Part shown: positions 63,216 through 64,000 of the stretch, piece by piece
How the letters are laid out: every line of letters starts with the position of its first letter
How positions within the stretch are numbered: the stretch's first letter is position 1
NCBI GenBank assembly: GCA_002310135.1
Contig: DBYK01000006.1
Coordinates: 25,195-89,194, forward strand
DNA from: Bacillales bacterium UBA1188
GTDB lineage: Bacteria; Bacillota_I; Bacilli_A; Izemoplasmatales; UBA1188
DNA length: 64,000 nt
Direction: 5' to 3'
The notes under the pieces: model-generated
The model's input: only the letters and a program-made list of their open reading frames with translations
What the model was told of the DNA's origin: nothing
Databases searched by the model: none
Made by a program: the position numbers and the translations under genes

Positions 63216-64000
63216 TTAATCTAAAATATTACAAATATAATTATACACTAAAGCATTATCATTAAAATAATATTTTAAATTATTGTAAAATAATATTTTT
63301 TGAGATAATTCAAGACTAGTAAAAGACTGAATTAATTGTTCTTCAGTTTGATAATTAATTAATTCTTTTAATTCTGTACTAAATGAATTATAGAAATCAT
63401 CACTAAAAAGTACAGTTTTAATTTCATCAATTAATTCATTTGTTTGAAGTGCTATTTCTATATTATTAAAACTTAAGCTTATTTGTGATAATTCTTTAGT
63501 TAAAGGAAGATATAGGTTTCTTAGATTGATACGATTATAGAAGCCATAACTCGATAAAATCGTTAAAATCTTATTTATTGTTTCTTGATCAGATGTTTTA
63601 ATATAAGATTCTTCTCTTTCTCCTATATCTTTTCCTATTTCTATTTCTCTTAATGATAACGAATCATTATCTTTAAAATATATTAAATTGATGTTTACGG
63701 GTCTATCAAATATTAAAAATTTAAAAAGGAAATGAACTTCATCTTGATATACTTCATCAGACGCTTTATATAGCCTAATACTACTAGATGTATCCCTTAT
63801 TACTAGATTTGATAAGAATGTGCTTCTTTGAATGTCGGTTAAAGAGATGCTTTCATTTCCTAAAAACTTTAAAAAAGCAAAATCATATTTGGTATTTTGA
63901 TAATCAGAAGAATAATATACGAATTCATCTTCTTCGCTTAATATTTTTGAATAATCTATTTTAAATATTAGTTTGTTTTTGATTGAAGTAGTGATTAATT
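63216..64000 (-). CDS. Hypothetical protein (partial; starts beyond window end)
   Basis: Not in the ORF track. Open frame of about 260 codons (LITTSIKNKLIFKIDY..YICNILD*) ending 13 bp before glnS. Confidence 0.75.
   Translation of the reverse strand, partial: LITTSIKNKLIFKIDYSKILSEEDEFVYYSSDYQNTKYDFAFLKFLGNESISLTDIQRSTFLSNLVIRDTSSSIRLYKASDEVYQDEVHFLFKFLIFDRPVNINLIYFKDNDSLSLREIEIGKDIGEREESYIKTSDQETINKILTILSSYGFYNRINLRNLYLPLTKELSQISLSFNNIEIALQTNELIDEIKTVLFSDDFYNSFSTELKELINYQTEEQLIQSFTSLELSQKILFYNNLKYYFNDNALVYNYICNILD

Noticed and set aside
63203-63300. T-box leader for glnS
   Set aside because: The region is occupied by the upstream ORF ending at 63216; no T-box motif or terminator

Overview
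AT-rich bacterial chromosomal segment in standard genetic code 11 (TGA acts as a stop, e.g. 27905-27907). Gene content (glnS, rnj, whiA, lgt, tex, gdhA, GH3/GH43) fits a low-GC gut or rumen Bacillota, probably Acholeplasmatales/Anaeroplasma-like; this is inference only. Most genes are housekeeping: rlmD, a two-component pair, dut, rnj, a lysine-riboswitch-controlled amino-acid ABC transporter, galE, recN, a phosphohexomutase, gdhA, tRNA-Ser(GCT), tex, whiA, lgt, uvrA, ligA, pcrA and glnS. Four parts stand out. (1) A cpsB/cpsC/cpsD tyrosine-kinase module has no polysaccharide synthesis genes; it is coupled to a single-pass membrane protein ending in a ribosomal-protein uL15-like domain and is followed by an LCP gene. 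(2) A five-gene operon joins a BON-like-domain GlpA-type dehydrogenase, an FGGY kinase and an alkyl-DHAP-synthase-like flavoprotein, a candidate glycerol-ether lipid pathway. (3) An accessory region downstream of rlmD has att-like repeats, a 48-bp IS3-end-like palindrome, a secreted papain-fold protein plus lipoprotein pair and a KilA-N gene. (4) A two-gene membrane-protein cassette beside tRNA-Ser abuts a start-less, frameshifted rhuM pseudogene. No CRISPR array, rRNA, integrase or transposase was seen. All family assignments come from reading motifs by eye, not from database searches.
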